64,000 nt of DNA from Trichosphaerium sp. ATCC 40318 (Eukaryota > Protista > Tubulinea). The notes below the pieces were generated by a model. That model saw nothing but the letters and a program-made list of their open reading frames with translations, searched no databases and was not told the origin of the DNA. Positions within the stretch are counted from its first letter, which is position 1. The number at the start of each line of letters is the position of its first letter. The translations under genes were made by a program, and so were the position numbers. Location: the NCBI GenBank assembly GCA_038496445.1, contig JALMLS010000589.1, forward strand, positions 1 to 64,000. The letters run 5' to 3'. This document shows positions 25,407 through 38,136 of the stretch, in pieces.

Positions 25407-26951
25407 GGTCCATAAACAAAAACATCAGCAGTTCTTGTTCGTAGACGTTTTTTGGTTCCGCTACTTGGTTCAGCCGAAAAGATCTAAGTCAATTAAGTCA
25501 TTTATTTTTTTCGTAACAGCCAAATGACTAAGCCGGTTAAATAAGCCGTTTACCAACAACCACTACTGTTAGCCACAAAGGGAGCAACTGGGTTATGGCA
25601 CTCAGTCGCCGCTAGACTCTGTCCCACCCCACGACCCCCTAAAAGGGGGCTTTCTAAATAGTTCCTGTGGCATAATATAGGATAATTAGTGTGCCGAATT
25701 TTTGACTTTTTTGTTGTCCAAGTTCTACATATTTGTGTTTTCGTAAGAAACACGTGTAATTAGCTGCCCGTAGTAAACTTGGAGGCAGGCTGGGTGTATT
25801 TCGAGTGCTTGAAGGAACACAACACATATAACATAGCAAATATGTACATGGTTTAATAGAAGGAAGGCACTCATTTGGTAGACGTTTGCAGTCTCCAACG
25901 CAAAATGGATAGAAACAATTTCACATGCCTGATAAAAAGACAGTATGGGAGCAATACTTCGTACATCACATGCGGTTTTATTCATTAAATGGAATGCTAT
26001 GGCAGTTTTATGCTATCTTACGTGCTTCTTTATCAACAGAGTGTTGTAACTTCCTCAGTATTTAGTTGGCTACTGTATTACAACACGTGATATTTTTTTT
26101 GCTTCAAAGTGATATCACAACCTGTCACTACTTTCAAGTGTCACAAATACGTTATGAAATCAGTCTTAGATAGAGATACTTTCTCGTTAGTCGCTTGGTC
26201 GGATCTTTCAAGGTACAAATGCTGAAAAAAAAAAGCATGTGTACAACTGACCTTCGGTAGCAACGCAAAAATTTTATGATAACTCAAGTGGAACGGGTAC
26301 TCAAGTGGGTGGGACCCAATACTCGTTCCTTGTTAATGGATGAATACCAGAGGGAGCCAAAATAACAAAAACATAACGGCGATAATGGGTACAATTAACT
26401 GTTCAGAGCATAGTCAACTAAATTTCCGTTCCTTTGAGGAAAACTGTACGTTCTTTGTTTGTCAATTGGTACACCTCTAAACTGCTTAAAAGTAGCTTGT
26501 GAACTTATTATCCTTTGTGTGCTGATACGCTAATACTACACGTGTATCATACGTATTTTACATCATAATTTGTTGCTGTCCCTTTTAGTTCTTCGGCCAT
26601 TTTATCTTTTTTTTTCTTCTTGTAGTTTTTCTTTAGCTTAAGTTTCAATAAACTGCCAATTGGCGGTTGTAGTAAACAAAAATATTCTTAAAAACGATCT
26701 GGAACTACCCAATAGACTTTATTAGTGGCGAATAAGCCAGATATACATCAGGGGAATACGACAACAAAGCAAAAACTACAAAAAATAATTCACAGAAAAT
26801 ATCAACTCAACACGCATAGTTTTAGCTAAATGATTGTGTACACCGCCCAATAAATACCCACTAAACAACTTCGCAGTTCATGTGACACTTTTCATAATTT
26901 TAAGAATCACATCTACAACTCAACTCAACCTGGCTTTTAAGCGATAAAAAT

Positions 26952-27353
26952 ATGTCTAAAGCAATGGAAGACTATACTGCATTTATAAATCAAATAAGGA
27001 ACAGAGTTATGAATAACTACAAACAAAATACGTTTAAAGTTCAATACAGATCATACAAAGTCTCTAAACAGTATAATCAACTCAAAAACAAGCACGTGGT
27101 GCTAGACAGACGGCAGATTGCAAAAACCAAACATCAGAATCGTCATGATAAAAAAACACAAAAAAAAGTGATTGAAACAAATTTTTTTTGCAAGGCAACT
27201 TCAAGACAAACACAGCCTTTATACAAACGACAAGAATTCGTAGTGGTTGATACACGACGTTGCCTTAAAGTCAAGGAACAAGACAACGAAATTAAACATA
27301 ATGAGGAAGAGGATCTTGACGTTCAGATGAAGTTGGACTTCATTTTGAATTGA
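26952..27353 (+). CDS. Basic hypothetical protein ending in an xMKLDFILN motif
   Basis: 133-aa intronless ORF with ATG in an A-rich context; a putative AATAAA/TATA-like sequence lies upstream; C-terminus QMKLDFILN*. Confidence 0.5.
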   Translation: MSKAMEDYTAFINQIRNRVMNNYKQNTFKVQYRSYKVSKQYNQLKNKHVVLDRRQIAKTKHQNRHDKKTQKKVIETNFFCKATSRQTQPLYKRQEFVVVDTRRCLKVKEQDNEIKHNEEEDLDVQMKLDFILN

Positions 27354-27606
27354 GAAAAAAAAAATCTGTAAACTCTGTAAAATAGACAAAAAGAGCTTGT
27401 ATTTTTAAAACTCATAAAAAACTACTTTGTACACTAAAAAAACTGTCTCAGTTCCTTTTATGAAAACAAAGGATAGTACTAGAAAGGGTAGTATCCATTC
27501 GAACGTTTTAGGATACTCATAATTCACTACAAAAACTACAAAAATTGCGAAAAAAGGACTTTGATTTTTTTTTTTCGAAAAAAACAATCGCTTCAAATAC
27601 GCCCAG

Positions 27607-29125
27607 CTAAGCTTCTTCTTGCCATATCGAGTGCTCCTTCATAACTAGCGTTTCCTCCAATAAATCCACTAGCATGTACAAAAACACCTCCAGGTACACC
27701 TGAGATCGTAGAGAGTTCTTCATTGCGTTTTCCTTTTTTAAAGATGTCAGATTTTTATGCAGATATTTTTTTGGTTTTTTTCGTACCTTTCCACGCATCA
27801 GGTAGGGATAACCTGTTTTCAAATGAATCATTATTAACAGGAACACACTGTATACGCCATCCATCTGATGAGTTATTTGGGAATAAGACATATAAGATAG
27901 GATCAATATTTGTCTTCTTTTCAATTGAGAACAAATGTTCTTTCCATGGACAGAACGTCGATAATTTAAGAACACGACCAGATGAGTGGACCTCAAGGCG
28001 CTCATCAAATGCTATAATATTTATGAGATGGGTATCATTGAAAATAAACACAAGTCACGTGATAGACAAGCTCAATTGTCGAAAATAATACAAAAAAAGA
28101 AAACAAACCTTTGGCAACGATGTCGCGAGCAGGAAGCCACGATGACGCATAGAACTCTACGAAATGATGAAAATACTCTCCAGTAAGTGCCATTGCTTTT
28201 TCAAATTGAACATTCTCATCAACACCAGTCACATTCCAACCTACATGGCAAATAAGCATGCTTCCGATTTAATAAAAAAAAAAAGAAAACCATTCGAATT
28301 TTTACGGGTTTACTACACACCTGGATTCAACCAACTAACACGAGATGATATGCTTGTATTTCTAGCGTATTTGGCTTCACCTTCGTACTGGTTGATCTGC
28401 AGTAGAAGTTAGAAAAACAGAAAATTCGGATTTTTGCTGAAAACGTAAAAAAAATTAAAATGCTCTAAATGACATACACCGTTATCAATAGCGTCAACTT
28501 CCTCGATAAATTTATTATAGACCTTGATATAAACCTCATCCAAGAGTGTTTCGTCGCTTCCCAAAGAAGGGAACATAGACGACATTACTCTTTTACCAAA
28601 GTGCCTGATTTAATATCTCTACGTTAGCTTGTATGATTTGCACGGTTTAAAAGCGTTGTTCATGAAGTTGTTCATGATTTGCTTACTTGTAGACTAAACC
28701 AGCGCTTGACAAGCGTGTATTGTGCTTATCACTGAAAGTATCCGTGAATTCACGTTGATGGTGATCAAAACGGTTTTTGGAAGGATCATAGATGCCACCT
28801 ACATCAACAACAATGTCCATTGTGTCAATAACATCCTGAGCTCTTGTACGTGTTACTGTCGCGTCCTTGTACTCAGGGAGCTGCGTTGTGGGTAAATAAT
28901 CAATTTGATTTAATTAATGCGTTTACGCACTTGTTTGAGCATAAAGCATGCGAGGGCTATTGTACGGGATTAAATGAAAGTTTTTGAGTAAAATGTACCT
29001 TCATCGCAATGAAACTTTCCGGAGTGCGTTCCTATACGCTGAGTATGTTAGAAAAGACAAAATAACAGTTAATTGTTGGTGAAAACATGTCAAAGTAGTA
29101 TTATATTACGTACTTTAGATGCCAT
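27607..29125 (-). CDS. MYG1: MYG1 exonuclease family protein
   Basis: [57 protein letters not shown]...[16 protein letters not shown]. Confidence 0.93.
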
Positions 29126-29335
29126 TGCTTTTTGTCTTGTAAGGAAACGAAGAATTGTTGCTCCAAAGCCTAAAAATGAGGACAGAATGAACGAAGCAAT
29201 ATTCTCTTATAGTCAACGCATTCTGTCAAAAAAAAGTGCCCAAAACAATTTTGATTAGGCTAAGCCACTAACTGGTGCTAACAAGCGAACAAACAACGAA
29301 ATACAAACCGTAGTAACAGAGTTATTTAATTGGCA

Positions 29336-30444
29336 ATGGCCCAGACCTCAATAAAAATCGTAGTTGTTGGTGATGGAGCTGTTGGCAAAACGTACGTTCG
29401 GTAGTATATGCAATAAGCGTTTCCTTTGCAATCACCAAAGTTATTGTTTTGACGAAACTACAATTTTATATTGCAATCTCAACAACAACGAGTACACATA
29501 CTCTACAAAGTAATACAAACAATTACCAAAAACATAAAACAACGCAACATTGCGCCTTCTTTTTTTACTGCAACTGATTTGTGTACCAAACGGACAACCT
29601 AATACGACAACTGAGCGCTTTATATATACTATACGTATAATAGATATCGGAACTCATAAACAGTTTAGATGCTTGCTAATATGCTACTCAAGAAATGGAC
29701 AATTCCCTGAGGACTACGTCCCTACTGTTTTTGATAATTACACTGGTACGTGTCCTTTTTAATTGCAAAACGCTCTAATGCATCTATACAACCTTCTAAC
29801 ACTATGTAGCAAGCGTCAAAGTGGGCGGAAAGTTAACACAACTTCATCTATGGGACACAGCAGGTACTTTTTTTTAAAACAAACAAAACCCATCTCATGA
29901 CTAGTTCTGATATCCAAAACCGCGTCTGAGCTATTTATTCAAGCTCATTGTTGTATTGAGACGTCATTTTCAATGAATTTTAGTTAAAACCACATTTCGT
30001 CGTGTCTCGTTTCTTCGCTCACTAATGTTCTCTTTAGGTCAAGAAGACTACGACAGGCTTCGACCTTTATCATACAAGAGTACAGACGTATTCCTAGCTT
30101 GCTTCTCAGTCGTATCACCAACGTCATTTGGTAATATTAAGACGAAGTGGTTACCTGAAATTAAACACCATTCCGCATCTTCGAAAGTGATTCTAGTCGG
30201 ATTGAAAACAGATTTAAGATCAGATCCAAGTGTGCTTGATACACTTCAAAAGCAGGAGATGGAACCAACAGTTTTTGATGATGGTAAACGTATGGCAGAA
30301 GAGCTGGGATTGCATAAATACATGGAGTGTTCTGCTTTGCTTATGGACAATTTAAAAGAAATTTTTGATGAAGCTATCAAAACTGTTCTTTATCCAAGTG
30401 GTAAACCAAAGGGCCGTGGAAAGAATAAGTGTACTGTGTTGTAG
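29336..30444 (+). CDS. Rho/Rac family small GTPase
   Basis: IKIVVVGDGAVGKT, FPEDYVPTVFDNY, LWDTAGQEDYDRLRPLSY, LVGLKTDLR, ECSAL; CAAX KCTVL. Confidence 0.95.
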
Positions 30445-30597
30445 GCGCTTAAATTATGTATTGTAAAATACGACACCAACCAACAAACACCACACGGCAA
30501 ATACCCTTTTTTTTGTAACAAAGAATAAACTAAAAAAATTATAATAGTAAATGCGATGCCTTTATTTTGTTTTGGTCGACAATGACATTTTTCGTGT

Positions 30598-31330
30598 TCA
30601 AGGGAATCTCGTCTTGAGAGTAATAAGACATTGAAGTACTTGAAGCATATTGGCGCCATCGTAGAGGTCAGCAGTGCTAAGTTGAAGTTAATAGACATTA
30701 CTGAAGTATTTTAGTTTTTTTTTGGCGCACGTGAATCTGTCCGTATCAGCAATGCCCATACGCTCAATAGCAGCGATGAAATTTCCAATGTTTTCCATTT
30801 GTTTGAAAGCCATTTTGGAAGTATTTATCCTTATACTTCCAGCGCCTATTTTCATGGCAAGATTACAGAGGATAACCTGTTTTACGTCAAAATAAATAAG
30901 AAATAGCGTCATTTAACACGTGGCGTTAAAATACCGCGCGTCGTTTGTCTCAAAGTTGTTTTTATGTATAAATAACGCACTCCATCCTTTAGGGCATCTT
31001 GGAATGAACCACTTGGTACGCTTTGGCCAGTTTTGGCTGCCTAAGAGCTGTATTAGTAAAAAACTTTTATGAAACGTGACAAACTTTGTCTAGCACGTGA
31101 CAGTTGTTTAAAGTGTAAAATTTACGTACAATCCACTGTCTAACCATATTTTCATCGTCTTGGCTGTATTTGCTGTCACGTTTGGCTTGTACCTCAGCTG
31201 TAAGACCTTTGTTTATCGCGTTAGCGTGTCGTAATACAAAACTTTTCAAAAGGGAAAAACGCAGTTGGCTAGCCTCCACGGTTATGTTGGTAAATATTTA
31301 CATACCGTATCCCTTTGGACGAGTTGCCAT
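30598..31330 (-). CDS. Calponin-homology (transgelin/MP20-like) protein
   Basis: MATRPKGYGLTAEVQAKRDSKY, FQDALKDGVILCNL, MAFKQMENIGNFI, TADLYDGANMLQVLQCL. Confidence 0.9.
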
Positions 31331-31459
31331 GTTTGAGAAAAATAGTGTGAAGCACAAAGAAACGAGAAGACAAAAATGTGACACCAAAAACCGCTTAAAC
31401 AAACTTAACCTTCCCCCCCCCCTTGCAAAAAACAAGGAAAAGGGTTGCAGTAATTGGCC

Positions 31460-31919
31460 ATGGAGTCCATAAAGTTTGCTTGGAAAGTTGAATACAAAGG
31501 CTTGGCTAACGGCAAATGTATTGAATCAAAGACGTTTTCTTTATCGCATGATTTTGATGGGTACAAAGGAACTGCCTGATTTTCCTAATATAAATTTAAG
31601 GTTTTTGAGAATGTACCCATCAGGAGATGGCGATAAAAGCATAGGACATGTCTCTATGTTTTTACAAATTCGGTATTGTTGTACACGTGATGTATTGAGG
31701 CCTAACATACGCGTTGAATACACACTGAAGGCAGTACCTTGTGGTGATGCAAAACCACGAGAAAGGTCAGCGACCCGTGTGTTTGAAAAAGATGAGGGTT
31801 TTGGCTGGGATAAATTCTTGGCTACAAGCGAGCTAAATGATAACTACCTTGATAATAACAACGAAATGACATGGCACCTTGAAATTACTAGTATACAAAA
31901 GATCTACAATTCAAACTAA
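31460..31919 (+). CDS. Stand-alone MATH/TRAF domain protein
   Basis: MESIKFAWKVE...|FLRMYPSGD...GHVSMFLQ...GFGWDKFLATSEL...YLDNNNEMTWHLEI; one short intron at about 31561-31600. Confidence 0.8.
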
Positions 31920-32052
31920 GCTCTATGCTTTTATGTTATGGGGCTTCTTTTACCAAAAGCACAATTGTTACCTTTTGGTGTTATGTAACTGTAATAAAAT
32001 TATGCAAAAGTACAGTAGGGAAGGAACTCAAATGTCAATGTTTGTCATAATA

Positions 32053-33015
32053 TTATTGTTTGTTCTTTTTGTACACATCATAGTAAGACCCAATATCAAA
32101 AGTAAGTCCAGATTTAACAGTTTTACCTGGTCTTGGTTTAAATAAAGACTTTGGTATTACCCTAAAGTCTATTGAAAGCCTGGAAAAGTTTGTATCATTA
32201 ACATTATTGTAATGCCAACACTTGCTTCCATAAAATCTGTACATCTACCCAAGAGTTAGAACATAGTGTAGTCAAGCAAGAAACAATCAAAATCAGAGCG
32301 GAGATTTGACATTCAAAGATTTTTAAGCCAAATTAAGATGAGCGGAATGTAGCTCAACAATACTCACTTGACCGTATTCCATAGGTGCCACGGGTTTAAA
32401 ATCACCTTTATCTGGTTCTGATTCAACCCAAAACCCATTGTTTTTGAGAACTAAAGGCGTACTTTAGCGAATCTTTCGTGAAGAGAAAAAATATTCAAAA
32501 AAAAATCAAAAATGTAAGGAGAACAAATCGAGCCTGTACCTTTTGTGAATGGTATCCAGAAGTTTATTTCATTCTCTGGGTGGTTTAAGTCGTAATCTCT
32601 GTGTTTTGTGCCAACAGCGACGTTATTTGGTAGGTGTATACGGAAAGTAGGCCGTTTTTGAAAAACAATCTCTTCCTCGTTAAACATTGGCGCAATAACT
32701 TCCTACCAAGCGTTATTGGTCGTTTTTAGTGAAAACGACATAAAATGACATCCTGTCAAACCGTACCTCTATAAATTGCCAGTACAACTCCAATAGTTCA
32801 TCAAAATGACCTCCTTTGTAAAATTTGTGATGAAAGATGGTGCCTTGGTCAGATTCGAATTTAACAAGTCCAGGAGTTGTGGATTTGGCGTCTAGAGTAT
32901 GGACAGTTTCTAACTCTTCGTATTTCATCATTTTTTGTATAATTGCTCGAAAGTTGTACTTTGATGTGTCATACGTTAAATATTCATGCTTTCTTAGCGT
33001 AAGTAAATCTGCCAT
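32053..33015 (-). CDS. StrG-like (streptomycin biosynthesis StrG family) 2OG-Fe(II) dioxygenase-fold protein
   Basis: FQKRPTFRIHLPNNVAVG, HRD...HPENEINFWIPFT, WVESEPDKGDF, CWHYNNVNDT...RLSIDFRVIP (HxD...H...RxS pattern). Confidence 0.7.
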
Positions 33016-33157
33016 CGAGTAGAAACCGTTGGAGATGGTACAATGCCTGTGGATTGAACAATACTGTTAGTGAATAGCGCTTATACCTATTGCGCGTTGT
33101 GGGGCGACTTAGTAGCTTTTCGGTTGACTGTTCGCGAAAATGCTGATTATTCACAAA

Positions 33158-35071
33158 ATGGACGAGCAACAAGCGTTAACACAAAAAGAGTGGCAGAGAG
33201 TATACGCACAACCACCAACATGGGTAGCTGACGAAGAGACTGTACGCTGTGCCCTATGTAACAGCGATTTTGGATTATTTAACAGAAGACACCACTGCAG
33301 GTATGAAAAACAGGCCTAGAAGGGCGTGGGAATTTAATAAGGTAATTTACACGCGTTAGAGCCTGTGGAAATGTATTTTGTAATACGTGCTGTTCAAAAC
33401 AAGCCAAGGTACGCTATACACAATTACCATTGTCTTCCACAAAAGCGAAGCAAGCAATTTTCAAACGACACTTCTTAAAATCGTCGACAATATGCGCTAA
33501 AGTATCAAGAGTCGTTTGACAGCTATTTAATACAGTTTTTAAACCAATTCTTTATTAAAAACTCGGTACAGTAACTAACACGATTAAAGCTTCCTCAATA
33601 CTCCCTTGATTTATTTCAGCGCGTTTGCGAGTCCTGTAATAAATTACAGGTGGAAATAACGACGTATGTTGGTAAGATAGCAGACCTTGAGTTGCGAATG
33701 AAAGACGTTGGAGCAGAATTTCATAACTTTGAATCACAGTATGGCAAACTATTAAAAACTGGTACGTACTGGTGTACAACACGTTATTTCTAATTGTGAA
33801 GACATTTGAATCGCTTCAGAGAGGCAGAAAAGACTCTTTTGTTTCGTTTTTTTGGGTGGGTTTTTCTGGATTTTTTGGGTGCTTGAGTTCCTTTGGTGAT
33901 TGCCTTGAAATGTGGCTAGTTGTTTGTAAGTACTGCTTAGGTGAAGTATTTTTAAAATATAGAAAAATTCGTAGTCCTTTGAACCTGCGCGTCAGTATTT
34001 CGCCTGATCTACGAAAGCTTGAACGAAGAGATCAAGAAACTGGAGTAATTGAAAGGTAATAAAATAGAATTTCTTTTTTTGAATTCTTTTTTCACGTGGC
34101 AGTTTAAACGACGAAGAATGTACTCTTAATACTTGAGCGTGTATTTGACTTCCAATGTATTTTTTTGATAGTTTTTCATGTCACGTGTCACGAGAAATTC
34201 GAAAAAAATGTTAAGAAAATGTTATTTTGTTTTCTCTGAGTATTTTTTTTTATTTTGTCTGTAGGGACATGCCTATTGGTGATCTTTCTGAAATAATCGA
34301 TGGCCCTACTAGTGAAATATTTAAAAGTAATAAAAACCGGATAGAGGGTGCGTGTACAAAGTTACCAGATAAAAAAAATTGTTTTTTTCAAATCCGAATT
34401 GCGTGTACAAAGAAATTAGTGTTTTGACCGTTTACAGGTATCGAAAACAAGTGTTTTACAATTACTGCTCGTGATGGAAAGACTTGGGATTTATCAGCTT
34501 CTACAATAGAGATTAAGAAAAATTGGATAACTGCATTAGAAGGTAAGCCATACAACTGAAACTTTTTTTGTTGGCAAAAAACAATTTATTAATCCTTTTG
34601 AAGGTATCATCATATTTTATGGTCCACGTGCACCCTACTCTAAGATAAAGGCGCAATTATTTTCTACACGTAGAGATCTTGATAAAGCAATAAGTGCACA
34701 ACGTGGTAGTTACAATGAAAAGATTGAATCGGATAGACAGTCAATAGACTCTCGAATCAGTGATGGTTCTCGCACGCCAACAAGATCAAATGAGAGACGA
34801 CAACTCTTTGGTAGTTCGACTTCCCTCGAAAGAAAGTCTCCCCGTCGTAAGGTAGATACCTCAGATACAAAAGACGCACTTATGGAAGCCAGAGAAGTAC
34901 GGAAACAACAACTACCGTGATTTTTCAAATTAACAGGATTTTTCTTTTTTCTAGAAATTGGATGAACGCGGAGATGCTGTTAGGCAATTAAGTGATAGAA
35001 CAGAAAGAATGGAACTTGAAAGTCAACATTTCTTGTCAAATGCTAAAAAATTATCTGCTGGTATGTCCTGA
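33158..35071 (+). CDS. FYVE + PH + C-terminal R-SNARE-like (tomosyn/amisyn-type) protein
   Basis: WVADEETVRCALC...FGLFNRRHHCRACGNVFC...RVCESC (FYVE); GEVFLKY...KCFTITARDGKTWDLSASTIEIKKNWITAL (PH); ALMEAREKLDERGDAVRQLSDRTERMELESQHFLSNAKKL (v-SNARE-like coiled coil). No transmembrane segment. Confidence 0.82.
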
Positions 35072-35525
35072 GTGAAGAGGCTTTGTTTCTTCTTTTTTTT
35101 TCTGGCAATATTTTTTTTGTTGTTAACTTGATTTATCTAGCGTTTAAATAAAATCCCAACAAAGATATGATGAATGTACAATGTGACTTTTATTCTATTG
35201 TATAACTTAAAAATATGTAAATACCATTTGATCGAACAATAAGACAAATAAAGAAAAACCAAAATTTTGTGAAATTTCATTAAACCCAAAAATCAAACGT
35301 GCACTCTCGGTAATCAAAAAGTGTTTTACACACTTTAGCCTATATAAAAAATTGTGTAGAACATTGTTCAAACAAGTAAGTAGTAATCTATGCAAAAGCA
35401 GTCATAAGTAATAATGCCTCTCGAAAAAACTGACAGTTGACGTTCCCTTCACTGAAAATAAAAAGATGTTACTTCTACTGGTTGTAAACTTAAATACGAT
35501 ATCATAATCACAACATCAACATACA

Positions 35526-36648
35526 ATGGAACGCGATCCAGAACGATTTAGCTTTGTATCGCTACCCATCGAGCTTTTCTATCTAACATGCCAATATCTC
35601 CCTAAAAAAAGCCTGTACGCCTTGAATAGAGTATGCACAACCTGGCACGATGCGTTTTCAACAACTCGCGTGTGGAACGTGCGTCACCGAACCAAAAATC
35701 ACTTTTAACGCCTAAAATAGGAGTCCCGACGCACTTACAATGTAATAGACGTAGACAGCGCAGTTCTGGGTGAAAAACCAATTGTAGCGTTATCAGCGCT
35801 CGAAAACGGCATGGTATACCTCGATTTCGATCCTTTGCACTTGTAGTAGTCCGAATTAACGCTTTTCTAGCTTTTCACAACAACGAAAGAGTGTCACAAT
35901 GTGAGCAAAATTGACACTAACGAAGATGGTCAAAAACTCCGAATCTTAGCGTCACAACCTATTCAACGTTTTAATTATATTCCTCCTGTACATATAGCTT
36001 CTTTTGACTCTAAGGTTGTTTTACAAGTACGTGCATTTCACTTGTCACGTGTTTTAGAATGAAAAACTTTTCATCCTTTTCTTGTTTTTTTACTGTTTTG
36101 ATTATGTGTGACTTACGTTGTTCAAGGGATACAAAGTTTTCAGCGGTGCCTACAAGTTTATTCAAAATACTGTAGAAAATAGCGAATCTGAAATATATCC
36201 TACAGTAAACCCAGAGACTGACGCACACGAGTATAAATTGGAAGCACTAACAGAAGAGGAATTGGAGCTTGCTCAAGAAAAATATGGTAAAATAACTTCA
36301 TTTACAAAACCAGTTACAACGACCATACTACCTTCTGGAGATACTATATTCGTAGCTCCTTATGTTCTTATCAAATCAAGACTTTATATTTCATGGAAGA
36401 ATAAGTTTGGAAAGATAATCAAAGTACCTATTAAGACAAATGTAAGGTTGAATGATATCACGTCAATATCGAAATCATCAAAAGGATCAATCATTTACAT
36501 AGCACATTCTGGTGGTTTTAGACTTTCTTATATTGACTTAGAAAAAGCACGTGATAGTACACGTGATGATATCGATATAGTATCAGATGAAATTATACAT
36601 ATGAAACGGCTGTTGTCTGCTAGAAGAGCATCTATTGCAGACTGCTAG
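35526..36648 (+). CDS. F-box protein with a beta-rich C-terminus (multi-exon)
   Basis: FVSLPIELFYLTCQYLPKKSLYALNRVCTTWHDAF...VW (F-box); further exons lead to ORF 36118-36648. Confidence 0.7.
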
Positions 36649-37129
36649 TGTTTCTTTAATAAAGTTTACATAGCAGTCTTCTTATGCTTTGTGAAAGCAT
36701 TTCTATCCGTTTATATTTGGAGCGTTAAACTTACCGCATGTGTGCAAAGATGTGGTGTGAGTGGACATCAATAGGTATACCCTATGTCGTTTTTCTAGCT
36801 TCAACAAAGACTTGGTAACATGTTCCAACCTAAATCAAAACATAACATATTAACCTTAATTTGCACCCTAGTGTTTTAAGTCTAGTGATAGCTTTAATAT
36901 TGGTGTACCACAGAAAAGGATAAATCTATTTATTATTGGTACGAATACAAGTCATGTGGATTCAATGATTATTCATAAATGTTGATGCTGATACCCAACT
37001 ATCTTTTTTTTTTGAGTAGTCTGGAATTGAACCATTTACAATATGGAGTTGGCTTTACTTACTTCGACTGGCTATTTTCATACCAGGACTTGTATTCTCC
37101 TCCTCTTGTTTACCATTGATGTAATTACA

Positions 37130-37838
37130 TTATTCATATAATTGGCCATTTTCACGCCACCTCGATTCTCCTTTCCACTTACCATTGACATAATGACTCA
37201 GTCTTTCTAATTTGCCACTTTTATACCACTTCTTGCTTTCTCCTTCTTTTTCACCATTGACGTAAGTACACAGTGTCCTCAATTGGCCATTTTGATACCA
37301 CCTCCTGCATTCTCCTTCTTGTATATAATTGATGTAATCACACTGTTCAAATAGTTGACCATTTTCATACCACCTCTTATATTCTCCTTCTTGTTTATCA
37401 TTGATGTAATTACGCTGTTCATGAAGTTGACCATTTTCATACCATCTCTTATATTCTCCTTCCCACTTACCATTGACGTAATTACACTGCCTATGTAATT
37501 GACCACTTTCATACCAGACCTTGTATTCTCCTTCTTGTGTACCATGTTCCCAGTATTGTTGCATTACAATATGGTTGTTCGCTATTTGTTGCCATTTACC
37601 ATGCTTTTTCAAGTCGCCATCAAACCTTGATGTCAATGCTGTCTGTTTTGAAAGAAGAGGCCAAAGCAAATACAATGACATGTCTAAATCAATAATATCG
37701 AGTTGAATCTCGACTGGAAGGCGTAAAAGATGGCAATCATCTGATTGTACACTAAATACCTACGTGTTTGCTGTTACATGCTTCAAATTGTGATTAAATT
37801 GCTTGTACCTTGTTATTTATACTAAGAATCGCTTGCAT
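37130..37838 (-). CDS. F-box-like + MORN-variant (YwqK-like) repeat protein with a degenerate 3' end
   Basis: MQAILSINNK|VFSVQSDDCHLLRLPVEIQLDIIDLD then 24-aa repeats CNYINGKxEGEYKRWYENGQLxEQ. After the TAA at 37130 another repeat continues with a frameshift to about 37065. Confidence 0.8.
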
Positions 37839-38136
37839 TTCATTAACTAGTGGCTACTGAACAATGTGTTTGAACGGATAAGGTAAATATGAAAGTCACG
37901 TGCGTTTGAGCTTTTCGCAAAATGGAGAGCCACGGTTGACTAAAAAAAGAGCTATTTCCCTCAAAAATGACAGAAAAAAGCTACTGGAAGGAACCAGTGG
38001 TCACGGACCTTTCCTCATTGCTTAACCATACGAGGTTCCTTAATAAATGCCAAATTATTTGTATTGTAGTCAGTTAAAAACAGCAGCATAGGTCTTTAGC
38101 CGTGTAACATAAATCACAAGCACAACAAAGAAGTAG

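Larger units (their letters stand above)
24405..25565 (-). mobile_element. Internally deleted hAT DNA transposon
   Basis: Imperfect terminal inverted repeats TAGTGGTTG(aaa/ttg)GT(t/a)AACGGCT; 8-bp TSD ctgttcgc (24397-24404) vs ctgttagc (25566-25573), 7/8 match; contains transposase remnants. Confidence 0.88.

Noticed and set aside
25635-25658. CCCCCTAAAAGGGGG hairpin followed by CTAA as a Helitron 3' end
   Set aside because: Only a 5-bp stem; no CTAG-T junction, identifiable 5' TC end or second copy in the window.
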